Source: Cyanobacteria bacterium J06626_4
Lineage (GTDB): Bacteria > Cyanobacteriota > Cyanobacteriia > Phormidesmidales > Phormidesmidaceae
Assembly: GCA_038523235.1 (NCBI GenBank)
Contig: JBCBJQ010000014.1
Location: 23,582-87,581 of the forward strand
Reading direction: 5' to 3'
Length of the DNA stretch: 64,000 nt
The notes beneath the pieces are model-generated. The model was not told the DNA's origin. It worked only from the letters and a program-made list of their open reading frames with translations, and ran no database searches. Positions 1-10,565 of this stretch are shown in pieces. Every line of letters starts with the position of its first letter. The first letter of the stretch is position 1. Both the position numbers and the translations under genes were made by a program.

Positions 1-2
1 GT

Positions 3-977
3 GATCAGACGATTACCGTTAACGGCGTCCTGCTGCTGTTGATGGTGTTCCGCGCCTTTCATGGCTTGAGCATTGCCGCTTTTGTGGTCGCCTACAGCGC
101 CCTAGTGATCGATATTTCCCCCCCGGCGAATCGGGGCGAACTGATTGGCTACATGAGTTTGGTCAATCCCATTGGCATGGCGCTGGGTCCGGCGCTGGGC
201 GGCTTTTTGCTGGAATGGCAGAATTTTTCTGTGGCCTTCACCGCCATGGGAGTTTTAGGCATTTTGGGCATTGTGTGCGTCACTCAGGTGCAGGAAACCT
301 ACACGCCTCGTCCTGCAGTCCCCACTGTCGGTGCGCCTCGTCCCGTCTTTTGGAGCCTGCTGTGGACGCCGCGCGTGCGCACGCCCGCGATGATTTTGCT
401 GCTGGTGGGCCTCGCGTTTGGCACCCTCAGCACCTTTGTCCCCCTGTTTGTGAGAGAAACCGGGCTAGCGTTAAACGTGGGACTGATCTACACCGCCTCC
501 GCGATCGCCAGTTTTGGCATTCGTCTTCTGGTCGGACGCGCCTCTGATCGCCACGGTCGCGGTCGATTCATTACCATGGGGCTGCTGCTGTATACCTTGT
601 CAATGCTGACGTTTTGGCAGGCCACTACCCCGGCCATGTTTCTGATTGCGGGTCTAATTCAAGGGGGCGCGGCAGGCACACTGATTCCTATGATTGCTGT
701 GCTAATGGGCGATCGCTCAGCGGCTGACGAGCGCGGCAAAGTGTTTGGTCTCGTGATGGTGGGGTTTGACGTCGGCATCGCGATCGCCGGGCCATTGTTT
801 GGCACCTTTGCTGATTGGGCCAGCTATCGCGACTGTTTTGGCCTCGCCGGACTCATGACCTTCCTCGGATTCTTGATCTTCATCACCGCATCTAGCAAAA
901 GTCTCAAGCATTCGCTGCGGTTCTCCCTAGGGCAGGGCCGCGATATCTATGCCATCGAGGGACAGACAGCTGATTAA
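3..977 (+). CDS. MFS transporter (5' end lies outside the window)
   Basis: Frame is open from position 3. Many hydrophobic helices and MFS motif A 'GRASDRHGR'. Confidence 0.85.
   Translation, partial: DQTITVNGVLLLLMVFRAFHGLSIAAFVVAYSALVIDISPPANRGELIGYMSLVNPIGMALGPALGGFLLEWQNFSVAFTAMGVLGILGIVCVTQVQETYTPRPAVPTVGAPRPVFWSLLWTPRVRTPAMILLLVGLAFGTLSTFVPLFVRETGLALNVGLIYTASAIASFGIRLLVGRASDRHGRGRFITMGLLLYTLSMLTFWQATTPAMFLIAGLIQGGAAGTLIPMIAVLMGDRSAADERGKVFGLVMVGFDVGIAIAGPLFGTFADWASYRDCFGLAGLMTFLGFLIFITASSKSLKHSLRFSLGQGRDIYAIEGQTAD
501..508. repeat. HIP1 octamer GCGATCGC (representative copy; recurs throughout the window)
   Basis: Seen directly at 501, 710, 780, 1403, 8780 and many more sites. HIP1 is a known cyanobacterial genome signature. 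Confidence 0.95.
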
Positions 978-1115
978 AGACCAGAGCCATGTTCGAGAAA
1001 AAATGTATCCCGACTGTTAGGGATGAGTTGAGTGAAAAACCTTAAGTCCAAACCTACAGGTCATTGCGGCAAAATATCCCCAAACCCCACTCCTGTGGGC
1101 CGGTTAAACACTCAA

Positions 1116-1160
1116 TCAAAAAGCGCTGTGGAACCCTTTCAGCTCAACAGCGCTTTTTGA
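1116..1160. terminator. Probable bidirectional intrinsic terminator between the MFS gene and the tRNA
   Basis: TCAAAAAGCGCTGT (1116-1129) is the reverse complement of ACAGCGCTTTTTGA (1147-1160), giving T-runs on both strands. Confidence 0.7.
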
Positions 1161-1174
1161 TATTGAAAATGCAA

Positions 1175-1248
1175 CGGGCATGGAGGGATTTGAACCCCCG
1201 ACACCGTGGTTCGTAGCCACGTGCTCTAGTCCACTGAGCTACACGCCC
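1175..1248 (-). tRNA. trnR-ACG: tRNA-Arg (ACG)
   Basis: Reverse complement is GGGCGTGTAGCTCAGTGGACTAGAGCACGTGGCTACGAACCACGGTGTCGGGGGTTCAAATCCCTCCATGCCCG. Anticodon arm CGTGG-CTACGAA-CCACG, T-loop GTTCAAATC, no encoded CCA. Confidence 0.97.
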
Positions 1249-1299
1249 TTCTAGGAGTTAAATAGTAGCACAGTCCTCGGTACAAAATAGAGATTTTCC

Positions 1300-1800
1300 A
1301 TGGCCCAAACCGAAAATTCCCCGACAGCATTAAGTCACCTAAACGCGGCGGGTGAAGCCCACATGGTCGATGTTTCCCACAAACCACCCACGGTGCGAGT
1401 GGCGATCGCCGAGGGGCAAGTGCTCATGGCTGCGGCAACGCTGGCCCAGATTGAGCAGGGGGATAGTCCCAAGGGCGATGTGTTGGGCACGGCTCGGTTG
1501 GCGGGCATCATGGCGGCAAAGCAGACGTCGGCCTTGATTCCCCTCTGTCATCCGCTGCCGCTCAGTAAAGTCGAAGTCATGATTACTCCCGAGTCAGAAC
1601 TACCCGGCTATCGCATTCAAGCCACCGTGCGCACCAAGGCCGAAACGGGGGTCGAAATGGAGGCGCTGACTGCAGTTTCCATCGCTGCACTGACGCTGTA
1701 TGACATGGCTAAAGCGATCGAAAAGTCGATCACCATTCAATCCGTGCGCCTGTTACGAAAAACCGGGGGAAAGTCAGGCGAATATCAGGCCGCCCCTTAA
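1300..1800 (+). CDS. moaC: Cyclic pyranopterin monophosphate synthase MoaC
   Basis: Motifs [33 protein letters not shown]. Confidence 0.96.
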   Translation: MAQTENSPTALSHLNAAGEAHMVDVSHKPPTVRVAIAEGQVLMAAATLAQIEQGDSPKGDVLGTARLAGIMAAKQTSALIPLCHPLPLSKVEVMITPESELPGYRIQATVRTKAETGVEMEALTAVSIAALTLYDMAKAIEKSITIQSVRLLRKTGGKSGEYQAAP

Positions 1801-1832
1801 GATAAGAGAGTGAACCGTTTGGATCTGTTTCT

Positions 1833-2114
1833 ATGCCGCCGCGTTGGCCCCGTAAGCCCGATCGCCGTGACCCGGCCTTTCGCAAACTTGATGACCGCAT
1901 GAATTTTGCCATTCATGTGGCCCTCTTTGCCGCCATTAATTCTGGACTGTGGTTTGCCCATCAAATTAATGGTGACTGGGTCGCTTGGGTCAGCAAATTG
2001 ACGTTGATCTGGCTAGCCGTGTTAGTTAGCCACGCCATTTATATTTTTGCGATCGCCGATTATTCTGGCACCTACGTTCTGGAATCTGAAGATGCCTCCG
2101 AAGGGGGAAGCTAA
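1833..2114 (+). CDS. Conserved cyanobacterial 2TM-domain protein
   Basis: MPPRWPRKPDR..DP start followed by two hydrophobic segments. Confidence 0.75.
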   Translation: MPPRWPRKPDRRDPAFRKLDDRMNFAIHVALFAAINSGLWFAHQINGDWVAWVSKLTLIWLAVLVSHAIYIFAIADYSGTYVLESEDASEGGS

Positions 2115-2274
2115 ACGGCGATCGCTCCCCTATGCTGTTGGCGATCACATGGGTCACATCGTCGGTGACGGCAGTTAAATGCTCGACCAGCATGCTCAAA
2201 TTGCCGCTGACTCAATGCGCCAGCGGAATGACTCACGCGATCGATGACTCAACAAGATTGTTAGGAGCATCACG

Positions 2275-2583
2275 ATGTCTTACTCTCCCCCAGCTGAAAC
2301 CATTGAAGCGCTGGCCGCTAGCATTGGTGACGTCGTTTACATCGACGTGGCCAAATGGCACCTCTACCTAAATGATGCGAAATTGCATACCCTGGTCGCT
2401 GAGCGCCTGTATCCTCTAGTGGCTGACAATCGTCTCGCGGAAGCCGATATCGCTCAGGTGCTGCAGGATATTCCTATCGCTCTAGGGGGTGGACGTCAGC
2501 AGCTGCCATTGGGCGATCTGGTACCCACTGCCTGCATGAGTGATTTAACTCGGGCGTTGGAAGACTTTAAAGATCGCATCTAA
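2275..2583 (+). CDS. DUF3181-family protein
   Basis: IG..VYIDVAKWHLYL.DAKL and LGGG motifs; AGGAG RBS upstream. Confidence 0.8.
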   Translation: MSYSPPAETIEALAASIGDVVYIDVAKWHLYLNDAKLHTLVAERLYPLVADNRLAEADIAQVLQDIPIALGGGRQQLPLGDLVPTACMSDLTRALEDFKDRI

Positions 2584-2703
2584 GGAAACCGGTTTTTGGC
2601 GATCGCACGGTAACGGTGGGCTCAGCTCTCATGCAACTCACTCAATTGATCGGCCTTTGCGACTGCCGAACTCGGCCTGCCGCATTCTGGAATGGCTACA
2701 TCG

Positions 2704-3192
2704 CTAGCGTTGAAACCAGGCCGTCAGAGCCACCGCCAACCCATCCGCCGCGTCATCGGGTTTAGGAATTTTGGGAAGGCCGAGCTCGCGCATGACGGAT
2801 TCTTGCACCATCGATTTATCTGCATTGCCGTATCCAGTCAAGGCCTGCTTAATTTGGGCGGGCGTAAACTCGACAGGCAAGAGTTGATGCTGGGCCAGCA
2901 CCAACATAATGACGCCCCGAGCTTGAGCCACCAAAATCGTGTTGCCCATCCGATAAAAAAACAGCTTTTCTAGCGCGACGCGGTCAGGCTTGAACTGGGT
3001 GATGAGGCTGTGCAAATCGTCATGCAGCGTGCACAGGCGATCGCCGACGGGGGTTTTGGCGGGCGTTTCAACCACCCCAAAATCGACGACTTCAGCCCCT
3101 GCCGCCGTAGTGGCCGCGGTGCCCATGCCGTCAATCACACCAAACCCTAAAATTGCCAGTCCCGGATCTAAACCCAGGATGCGCTGTTTCAC
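2704..3192 (-). CDS. ruvC: Holliday junction resolvase RuvC
   Basis: [32 protein letters not shown] catalytic motifs. GTG start overlaps the chlI stop. Confidence 0.95.
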   Translation of the reverse strand: MKQRILGLDPGLAILGFGVIDGMGTAATTAAGAEVVDFGVVETPAKTPVGDRLCTLHDDLHSLITQFKPDRVALEKLFFYRMGNTILVAQARGVIMLVLAQHQLLPVEFTPAQIKQALTGYGNADKSMVQESVMRELGLPKIPKPDDAADGLAVALTAWFQR

Positions 3193-4289
3193 TAGCGCGC
3201 CCCGACCGGTTGGCGACCGTTAGCAGCCGAGTCTTCGTCGGTGGGGGCGACCCCAAACACTTGGCCAAAAACCTTCTCAACCTTGTAACCCGAATCGATT
3301 GACTCTAGAGGATCTTTACGCAGCCGGTGGCGCAGGCACATCACAATAACGCGGCGAATATCATCCAAGGTCACTTCGGTGCGGCCTTCAAAGGCGGTCA
3401 GGGCTCTAGCGGCCCGGTTGGTGACAATATCGCCTCGCAGCCCATCGACGTCTAGCTCTGAGCACACTTGAGAAATCTTGACCCGATAGTCGTGATCAAT
3501 CGCCACCTCTGGTAGGCGCGATTGGGCCTCAATAATTTGCTGTTGTAAGGTCGCTTGGGTCTCAGAAAACTTTTGTAGATAAGCCTGAGGGCTCTGGTCA
3601 AAGTCAGAACGCTGCTCAACAATTTGCACGCGCAGTTCCGGGTCGCGCACGGTACGAATTTCGGCGTGCATGCCGAAGCGGTCGAGCAGTTGGGGGCGCA
3701 GCTCGCCCTCTTCGGGGTTGCCCGAACCGACCAACACAAATTGGGCGGGATGTCGAATCGAGATACCTTCGCGCTCAACGGTGTTCCACCCCGAGGCAGC
3801 CGAATCGAGCAGGACATCGACTAAATGGTCGTCTAGCAGATTGACCTCATCCACATATAAGATGCCTCGATTGGCTTTCGCTAACAGCCCAGGCTCAAAG
3901 GCTTTAACCCCTTCAGACAAGGCTTTCTCGATATCGATGGTGCCGCACACCCGATCTTCAGTGGCCCCGAGGGGCAGGTCAATCATGGGCACCTTTTTTT
4001 GGGCCACGGGCAGCGCTTGGGTGTTGTACTCTCGCTGCGCGTCCGGGTCTTGAGGAGAGCGACTAAAGGGATCGTTCGCGACAACATCAATTTCGGGCAG
4101 CAGGTCAGCGAGGGCGCGAATGGTCGTCGACTTACCCGTGCCGCGATCGCCCATGATCATGACGCCACCAATCCGCGGGTCAATGACGTTCAAAATCAAG
4201 GCCAGCTTCATATCTGCCTGGCCAATCACAGCCGTGAACGGAAACACAACGCGGCGGGGGGCGGTCGAACGATCAGCAGTCGCAGTCAC
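3192..4289 (-). CDS. chlI: Magnesium chelatase ATPase subunit I
   Basis: [47 protein letters not shown] start at 4289 preferred. Confidence 0.96.
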   Translation of the reverse strand: MTATADRSTAPRRVVFPFTAVIGQADMKLALILNVIDPRIGGVMIMGDRGTGKSTTIRALADLLPEIDVVANDPFSRSPQDPDAQREYNTQALPVAQKKVPMIDLPLGATEDRVCGTIDIEKALSEGVKAFEPGLLAKANRGILYVDEVNLLDDHLVDVLLDSAASGWNTVEREGISIRHPAQFVLVGSGNPEEGELRPQLLDRFGMHAEIRTVRDPELRVQIVEQRSDFDQSPQAYLQKFSETQATLQQQIIEAQSRLPEVAIDHDYRVKISQVCSELDVDGLRGDIVTNRAARALTAFEGRTEVTLDDIRRVIVMCLRHRLRKDPLESIDSGYKVEKVFGQVFGVAPTDEDSAANGRQPVGAR

Positions 4290-4853
4290 AAGCAATCAAC
4301 TCTCTTACAAACTCTTTAACCAAGCTTTACAGGCTTTAATAGTCAGCCTTTATTGTGCCACAGGGGTTTGCGCCGGAAACCGACATTTCACGATTGAGCA
4401 CAAATTTTAGTCCTCAACGTCTCCAGAGGAGCGGTTGATTGGTGAGCATGTCATCGACCCAAACCGCTTCAGCCCAGCAGGGCGATCGCCCTCACTCACC
4501 CTAGTGAAGATAGCCAGCTGCCGGATCTGATGTTCACGCCTCTTTCAAGGGGCCAACTGCATCAATTGGAGCGAAGTCAGTCACGGCCTTACGAAAATTA
4601 ACAGTCCGGTTCAACAAGCCGTTACCCCTCTGTCGGAAAGGCTTTATCCGACTCAGGCAGAAGGTGAACCAGCCTTAGATCACGGCATTTTTACCGCGCA
4701 GCGACACATGTGAGATGGACTACCAAGCTTTTGCATTGAATCGGCTATGATTGCAGCCAAATACTTAGAAAAGCCGCTGCTTGCTTGAAGCTTCTTTCTT
4801 TGCCTGAGGGGCTATTCAGTATTGCTTTCATTCCGGTTCGCTTGGAGAATACT

Positions 4854-5162
4854 GTGACTATTTACGTTGGCAATTTGTCGTTTCAGGCGACAGAAGATGA
4901 CCTACGTGACGTGTTTGCCGAATATGGTGAGGTCAAGCGCATTAGCTTGCCCAGCGATCGCGAAACTGGCCGTAAACGCGGCTTTGCTTTTGTCGAAATG
5001 GCCGAAGTCGCCCACGAAGATGCGGCCATCTCAGAACTGGACGGGGCTGAGTGGTTAGGCCGTGAGCTGCGCGTCAACAAAGCGCGGCCTCGTAACGAAA
5101 GTGGCGGCGGTGGCGGTGGCCGGGGTGGCGATCGCTCCAACGTCACGAGTAATCCGCTTTAG
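4854..5162 (+). CDS. RRM RNA-binding protein (Rbp family) with Gly-rich tail
   Basis: RNP2 IYVGNL and RNP1 RGFAFVEM. GTG start at 4854 follows a GGAGA RBS. Confidence 0.93.
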   Translation: MTIYVGNLSFQATEDDLRDVFAEYGEVKRISLPSDRETGRKRGFAFVEMAEVAHEDAAISELDGAEWLGRELRVNKARPRNESGGGGGGRGGDRSNVTSNPL

Positions 5163-5276
5163 CGCGATCAGCGGCGGTGAGCACACCTAGGCAGTAGTTG
5201 GGAAGACCGCTCAGCCATTAGCCTGTCCGGTTTTCTGAAGTTTGCTGATTGCCTTTGGCATCGGCCAACGATGGAC

Positions 5277-5954
5277 TTAGGCGGGTTGTTGAATTGCCGC
5301 AGTCTCGTTGCGTGGGTTGTTGACGGCACTGGTGATCGGCAAAGTTTCTATCGCCTCAGCCGCACAGGGGCGCAGCAGCGATTCTAAAATGCCAGGGTTA
5401 TAGAAACTTGGGTCGAGCCAGGCATCGTAGTCACGGCGGGGCAAAATGACCGGCATCCGATGATGAATGGGCGCTACTGCGGCATTAGCCGTGGTAGTCA
5501 AAATCGTGCAAGAGAAGGTCGTTTCCTCCGTTTGCGGATTTTGCCAGCGCTCCCACAGCCCCGCAAAGGCAAACAGCGATCGCGACTGCAGCCGAATCAG
5601 ATGCGGCTGTTTGGGCTCGGTCGACTGAGATTTTTGCCATTCATAAAAGCCGTCGGCCACAATCAAACAGCGCCGCTGCTGGAAAGCTCCACGAAATGAA
5701 GGTTTTGTCGCCACCGTCTCAGCGCGGGCATTGATCAGCTTGTAACCGATTTTGGCGTCTTTGCTCCATTTGGGAATGAGGCCCCAGCGTTTGTCATGAT
5801 ACTGGCGATCTCCGGTGCGTCGAGCCTGCGTAATGACGTTTACCGATTGACTGGGGGCAATGTTGTAGCGAGGCGCCAGCTCCGGCGTGACCGCCAGCTG
5901 AAACGCTGTAGCAACGGTTTCTCCGGTTTGAGTCTGGGCAAATCGACCACACAT
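5277..5954 (-). CDS. SOS response-associated peptidase (SRAP/YedK family)
   Basis: MCGRF N-terminus, RYNIAPSQ, INARAET, DGFYEW, HHRMPVIL. Confidence 0.93.
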   Translation of the reverse strand: MCGRFAQTQTGETVATAFQLAVTPELAPRYNIAPSQSVNVITQARRTGDRQYHDKRWGLIPKWSKDAKIGYKLINARAETVATKPSFRGAFQQRRCLIVADGFYEWQKSQSTEPKQPHLIRLQSRSLFAFAGLWERWQNPQTEETTFSCTILTTTANAAVAPIHHRMPVILPRRDYDAWLDPSFYNPGILESLLRPCAAEAIETLPITSAVNNPRNETAAIQQPA

Positions 5955-6100
5955 ATCAGCTATTCCACGATTCACATCTCATCCCGTCAAGCTACCTGGC
6001 AGGCATGGCCTGAGACTGTCTTCATCAGATGGCGGCGCGAACAACAGTGCCCGCCTGTTCCTGCCGGTCTTGCAGGCGCTCTAAAAATCTACGGCCCAGT

Positions 6101-6661
6101 CTACGAAACGGTCTGTCGCCGCTCCATTTCCGTTCTGAGTTCTGTCATCGTTTCAGTCAAGCCCGCTTCAAAAACTTCGTAGAAGTAGGGTTGCAGTGGC
6201 CCCATGCTAGCTTTCGCCACGATGGTTTGCACCAATAGCGTGTGATCTGAGTCAGCGGCCTGGTTGGCGATCGCCGCGACCTGCCAATGCCCCGACATTT
6301 CATCTAAGGTGCCTTCAAGCATGCGATAGTCGATGCGATCAAGCGGCGTTTCAATATTTTCGGTGACGATTTTGACTCGGATAGGCAGCCAGCCAATTTT
6401 GCGGCGATCTTTGCGCTCAACCACAATACGGTTGTCGCGCTTTTCTAAAATGCGACTGGCGACCACTGATGGCAAAAAATCAGGAAACTGCTCATAGCTG
6501 GTCAAAACTTGCCACACGACATTAACTGGTGCCTGCACCTGAGAAAAGACGGCGTAGGCCCCCGCGGTGCCTGTCAGAACGACGTTACCCTGCCGCAAAT
6601 CTCGGTGTTGGGCCGGGGTCAAATTCTGCGTTAGCTGTTCGGGGGGCGTTGCAAGGGGCAT
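6101..6661 (-). CDS. SRPBCC/START-like (polyketide cyclase family) protein
   Basis: APV..VWQVLT.YE.FPDFLP.V..SR pattern; start set at MPLATPP. Confidence 0.75.
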   Translation of the reverse strand: MPLATPPEQLTQNLTPAQHRDLRQGNVVLTGTAGAYAVFSQVQAPVNVVWQVLTSYEQFPDFLPSVVASRILEKRDNRIVVERKDRRKIGWLPIRVKIVTENIETPLDRIDYRMLEGTLDEMSGHWQVAAIANQAADSDHTLLVQTIVAKASMGPLQPYFYEVFEAGLTETMTELRTEMERRQTVS

Positions 6662-6707
6662 AGAATCGAAAAGAGAACATCTAAACGCTAGTGTAACGAA
6701 CGATTGC

Positions 6708-7196
6708 ATGGTTAGTTTTACTGAGATCCAGGCTGCCTACATCGACTTTCCCAATCGCCTGCAAAGCCTCATGCTGAGCACCATCAGCACTGAGGGGCAG
6801 CCGCAAGCAAGCTATACCCCGTTTGTGATGGCGGGCGATCGCGCCTTCTATATTTTTGTGAGTGGTCTTTCTAACCACACTCAAAATCTCCAAACGACCG
6901 CGAAAGCCGGGATTTTGCTGATTGAAGATGAGGTGCAAGCGCAGCAAATTTTTGCGCGTCAACGTCTGATGTATGACTGTGGGGTAGTGCTAATTGACCG
7001 CCATGATCCCCAGTGGACTGGGTTGGCAGACAAATTTAAGGGGCGATTTGGCAATTTAATTGACATGCTGCGCCAACTGCCCGATTTCCAGATTTTCAAG
7101 CTCACCCCGCAAGCCGGTCGGTTTGTGGTGGGTTTTGGCGCGGCCTATGAGGTCGATCCAGCCAATCTTGAACGGCTGATACCCTTAGAAAATTAA
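6708..7196 (+). CDS. HugZ/HutZ-like pyridoxamine 5'-phosphate oxidase family protein
   Basis: P.ASY.PF, YIFVSGLS.HT.NL, FAR.RL, GRFV.GFG.AY. Confidence 0.85.
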   Translation: MVSFTEIQAAYIDFPNRLQSLMLSTISTEGQPQASYTPFVMAGDRAFYIFVSGLSNHTQNLQTTAKAGILLIEDEVQAQQIFARQRLMYDCGVVLIDRHDPQWTGLADKFKGRFGNLIDMLRQLPDFQIFKLTPQAGRFVVGFGAAYEVDPANLERLIPLEN

Positions 7197-7926
7197 CCTG
7201 CACGCCCAATTGGCTCAGCCGAGGAGCCGAAGCGCAAGCAGGCCCAATGTGTCGTCTAATTTCAGAGCGCATCTTTATCAGGCTGGTGCCAAACCGCAAT
7301 ATCCGTCTGAGGCTCCCAGGCGATCAGTCGATCGATGAGTAGTCTGTCAGGCTAGGGCGCGTCATCAATTAAACGAGAAAGCCTTGAAGCACAGACACTA
7401 CCGTGCCCGCTCCGGAAAACTAGCTAGGGGCTGAACCGCTCTCAACACCAGGGTTCAGGCTCTAAATGATGACAGCCCCTAGAGTTCAGAGGTTTAGATG
7501 AACCCCAGTTTCTAGAATCGATAGACGACAAGCCCTACCTGGCAAAATTCTCTCTATTCTCGGGCTGTCACCGACTTTGAACCCAAAACGCGAGCCTTAA
7601 ACCCGAGTCATCCTTCGTCAGTACATCTACGCCGTACTCTATGCGCAAGTCGTTGTAGATTTAGCTCGCATCGATTTACTAGAAACCGACCACCCATCCG
7701 GAATTGAATCAGTCGGCCTTACAGTTTCTATCAAAAGAGTTAAAGTTTTTTCGGTGAACCCCGTTAGCTGTGGCGCTAGGGTGTAGCTTTGAGAGGTTGT
7801 CTTTTGCCTGGCTAACCAGTGCAAAGGGCCAGTTTGTTGCCAACTCACCGTTGGCATTTGTTTTGCCCTGATGTTGTCGAAAGTCAACCGGGCACACTAT
7901 CGCGAACCCTTAGCCCTAAAAACTTT

Positions 7927-8706
7927 ATGACTGCCGAAAATTCTTTTACAAGTTCTGCGGTTTCTCCCTTAGCTGCGATCGCGCTGAAACTTGTCGGCGT
8001 GGTAACAATTGCATCAGCTCTCTTAGACTTTTTGGTTTTGCTGATACCGCCCGATTTTTTGAATGCTCAGTGGCAGCTCAACGCGACCACCCAAATTGTT
8101 GACCGGGGAATTGTGCCGCTGGTCGGCATTGCCCTGCTGCTGGCGGGCTTTTGGGTTGAACGCAGTGCTGGCAAGTCAGCCCAGCCGGGGAATTTGCTCA
8201 CTGACTTACGCTTTTGGGCCTGTGCGATTTCCAGCGTTTTAGGTCTCATTTTTTTAGTGGTGACATTCTTACACGTCAATAACGTGCGCATCACGACTCA
8301 GGAGGCCCTCGCGCAAGTTGAGCGAGAGGCGAATCAAGCGACTTCACAGCTTGAGCAGCGCCTGGAAGGTGAACTGAACCAGCAGCAAAGTCAGCTACAG
8401 ATTTTGTTTGAGGATGATGAACTGTTGCAACAGGCGATCGAAGCTGGACAGCTACCAGCAGAGATTGAGCAGTTCAGAGGTAACCCTTCGGGCTTAGATG
8501 AGTTTTTGACCCAGCGAGCGGGCGAAGCGCAGCAGCAGATTGCTACTGAGATCGGCACTCGTCGCGAAGAAGCACGCGGTCAGGTAAGACGAGAAGCCAT
8601 CAAGTCAGCAACTCGAGTTTCCATCAGTAGCTTCATTATGGCGATCGCCTATGTCGTGATCGGCTGGACAGGACTCCGTCGCTTGTTAAGTATGGGTGGC
8701 GCTTAG
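7927..8706 (+). CDS. HpsJ-like membrane protein (hormogonium polysaccharide associated)
   Basis: LK.VG, WQ....TQIVDRGIVPLVG motif, transmembrane segments flanking a Gln-rich coiled coil. Confidence 0.7.
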   Translation: MTAENSFTSSAVSPLAAIALKLVGVVTIASALLDFLVLLIPPDFLNAQWQLNATTQIVDRGIVPLVGIALLLAGFWVERSAGKSAQPGNLLTDLRFWACAISSVLGLIFLVVTFLHVNNVRITTQEALAQVEREANQATSQLEQRLEGELNQQQSQLQILFEDDELLQQAIEAGQLPAEIEQFRGNPSGLDEFLTQRAGEAQQQIATEIGTRREEARGQVRREAIKSATRVSISSFIMAIAYVVIGWTGLRRLLSMGGA

Positions 8707-8771
8707 GGAAATGACTAAGGGGCGTGTTATTGAATAACCCGTCAGCTTAAAAGGAGAAGCTATTCCAGTCG

Positions 8772-8800
8772 GGGGCAGAGCGATCGCTCTGCCCCTTTTT
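8772..8800 (+). terminator. Intrinsic terminator, a perfect 24-nt palindrome centred on HIP1
   Basis: GGGGCAGAGCGATCGCTCTGCCCC followed by TTTTT. Confidence 0.8.
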
Positions 8801-9707
8801 CATGCAGATTTTGCGGCTCTATCAGCCTTCAATCCTCAGCGTAGCGCCCCGCCCTGCAACCTCATCTCTGGCGTATCAAAAAACACCTGCAGTGAAGTTT
8901 TACACGACTCAACTTGACTGTTCAAATCTTGCTTAAACGACAACCCTAAATGAGTCTGCAGCAAGATATCGAGCACCTCATCACCAAGACTAAGTCATGC
9001 GATGCGGAGACAGATCACCGATTCCAACAAATGAATGGGCCAACCAATATCGTCAGAAAGGCCAGAAAGCATGACTTCTGGAGATCCCATTCTCAAATAT
9101 TTTCATAACTAACGCGAATTTATGTTGACTGTTCGTTTCTTTGTGTTAACTTTTAATTGCTTCATATTAATTTCAGATTGTTCAACTGGCTGGCCCACTT
9201 CTAAGAGCACTGGCAACAGTCCTGGGAGTCAAGCAGTTTAATAATCTGGCTGGGTCTCAAGAAATTCCCTTTGGCAGTGCCCCCAAGCGTCTCAGGCCAC
9301 CCCTGCTGCGCTTTGCTACAGGTGTTTTTTATCAATGACCTTGATCACCCCAAGCCATCCCGATGGCGAGTGCGGTGTTGTGCTGGTCCCCTGCGTTCAG
9401 GGTGCTCATCGGTACACAGTTTTTTTGATTTCTGACAACCCCCATATAGCCATAGGCTTTTGCGTGACTCCTGTGGCTTGATTTGAGTTGCTTCGCTGTT
9501 GTCAACGGTGGAGACAGTTGAATCAAACTCAAGAGCTGAGTCACTAGCTTGAGGATGGGGTTAGCGGATTGTTTTCTGTTGCTTGGAAAACCGATGAGTT
9601 GTCTACCGTCAGACAGTTCTAAATGTTTGCCTATGTGTTGAGTCCGACCTATCGCAAATAGCTGCAGTTAGCCTGCCGTTTATGACTTCTAAGGGAGTGA
9701 TTTTGAG

Positions 9708-10565
9708 ATGATTACGCTAGACGATTTTCAGGCCTATTTGAATGCTGATGATATTAACGCTGTCATGAAAAGTGCTTGTCAAGCGGCGATCGCATCGCCC
9801 GCATTAATGCACTTGTTCATGGAGCGCTTTGTGAAATACAGCGCCTCCTACAGCCACTCAGTACCGACTCTATGTGGCACCATTGGCCGCAGTGAGCAAT
9901 TTTGCGATCCGCAGGCCGCGATCGCCCGTCACAGCAACCGGGGTATGGACGTTGCCGCCAAAGTTTTTTCCGCTTCCATCGAAGAGTTTCAGGATCCTCG
10001 CACGGGCGTTTCCCATCGCACGCTGGCCTATGCGCTGCTTGATGAATTAGTCGCCTACGCCGGGCTCTCTGACGCTGCGGTTGAGCGGGTTATTGAGGCC
10101 GAAAGCTGGCTAGATGACATGACTCAATTCGTGCAGGCTGCTTATCGGGCAGAGCCCAATAGCTTAGAGCAAATGGTGCGGGCAATGGGCTTTCACGCCG
10201 CCGCTGAAACAATTGGCGGCAATGAGTTTAGCATCATCAACTCGATATTCTTTTCGGGTCAACGCGAGGGCGATTTCGGTCAGTTTATCAAGCAGCATAA
10301 AGCCCGGTTCGAAGCTGGCATGGTCAGCCCCTGGTATTGGATCGTGATTCACGGCACATCGACAACCGAAGGCGTCGAACTCGGCCATGCCGATGATGCG
10401 ATTCAGGCCTTGAATCTCGCTGCTCGCTATTCCTCAGTATCTGAGGGCCAAATTGTGGAATGGGCAGGCCAAGGTGTCCGTCAGTTGGCCAGCATCCAAA
10501 CCCGCTTTTTTCAGCGCGTACAGCAAGAAATTCGAGAGTCTGCAGGGCTTTCAGTGGCTGCTTAG
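9708..10565 (+). CDS. Putative heme-oxygenase-like diiron oxidase/oxygenase (HDO; CADD/PqqC/UndA-like fold)
   Basis: Helical 285-aa protein with candidate metal ligands EE-x9-H (EEFQDPRTGVSH), E (GFHAAAE) and H...ExxH (IHGTSTTEGVELGH). Strong AAGGGAG RBS. Fold is inferred. Confidence 0.65.
   Translation: MITLDDFQAYLNADDINAVMKSACQAAIASPALMHLFMERFVKYSASYSHSVPTLCGTIGRSEQFCDPQAAIARHSNRGMDVAAKVFSASIEEFQDPRTGVSHRTLAYALLDELVAYAGLSDAAVERVIEAESWLDDMTQFVQAAYRAEPNSLEQMVRAMGFHAAAETIGGNEFSIINSIFFSGQREGDFGQFIKQHKARFEAGMVSPWYWIVIHGTSTTEGVELGHADDAIQALNLAARYSSVSEGQIVEWAGQGVRQLASIQTRFFQRVQQEIRESAGLSVAA

Noticed and set aside
978..1299. tRNA-Arg as an integration site for an island or prophage
   Set aside because: No integrase, no duplicated tRNA 3' end seen, and flanking genes are core.
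4785..4853. N-terminal extension of the RRM protein in the ORF track
   Set aside because: The family starts at MTIYVGNL, and an RBS precedes the GTG at 4854.
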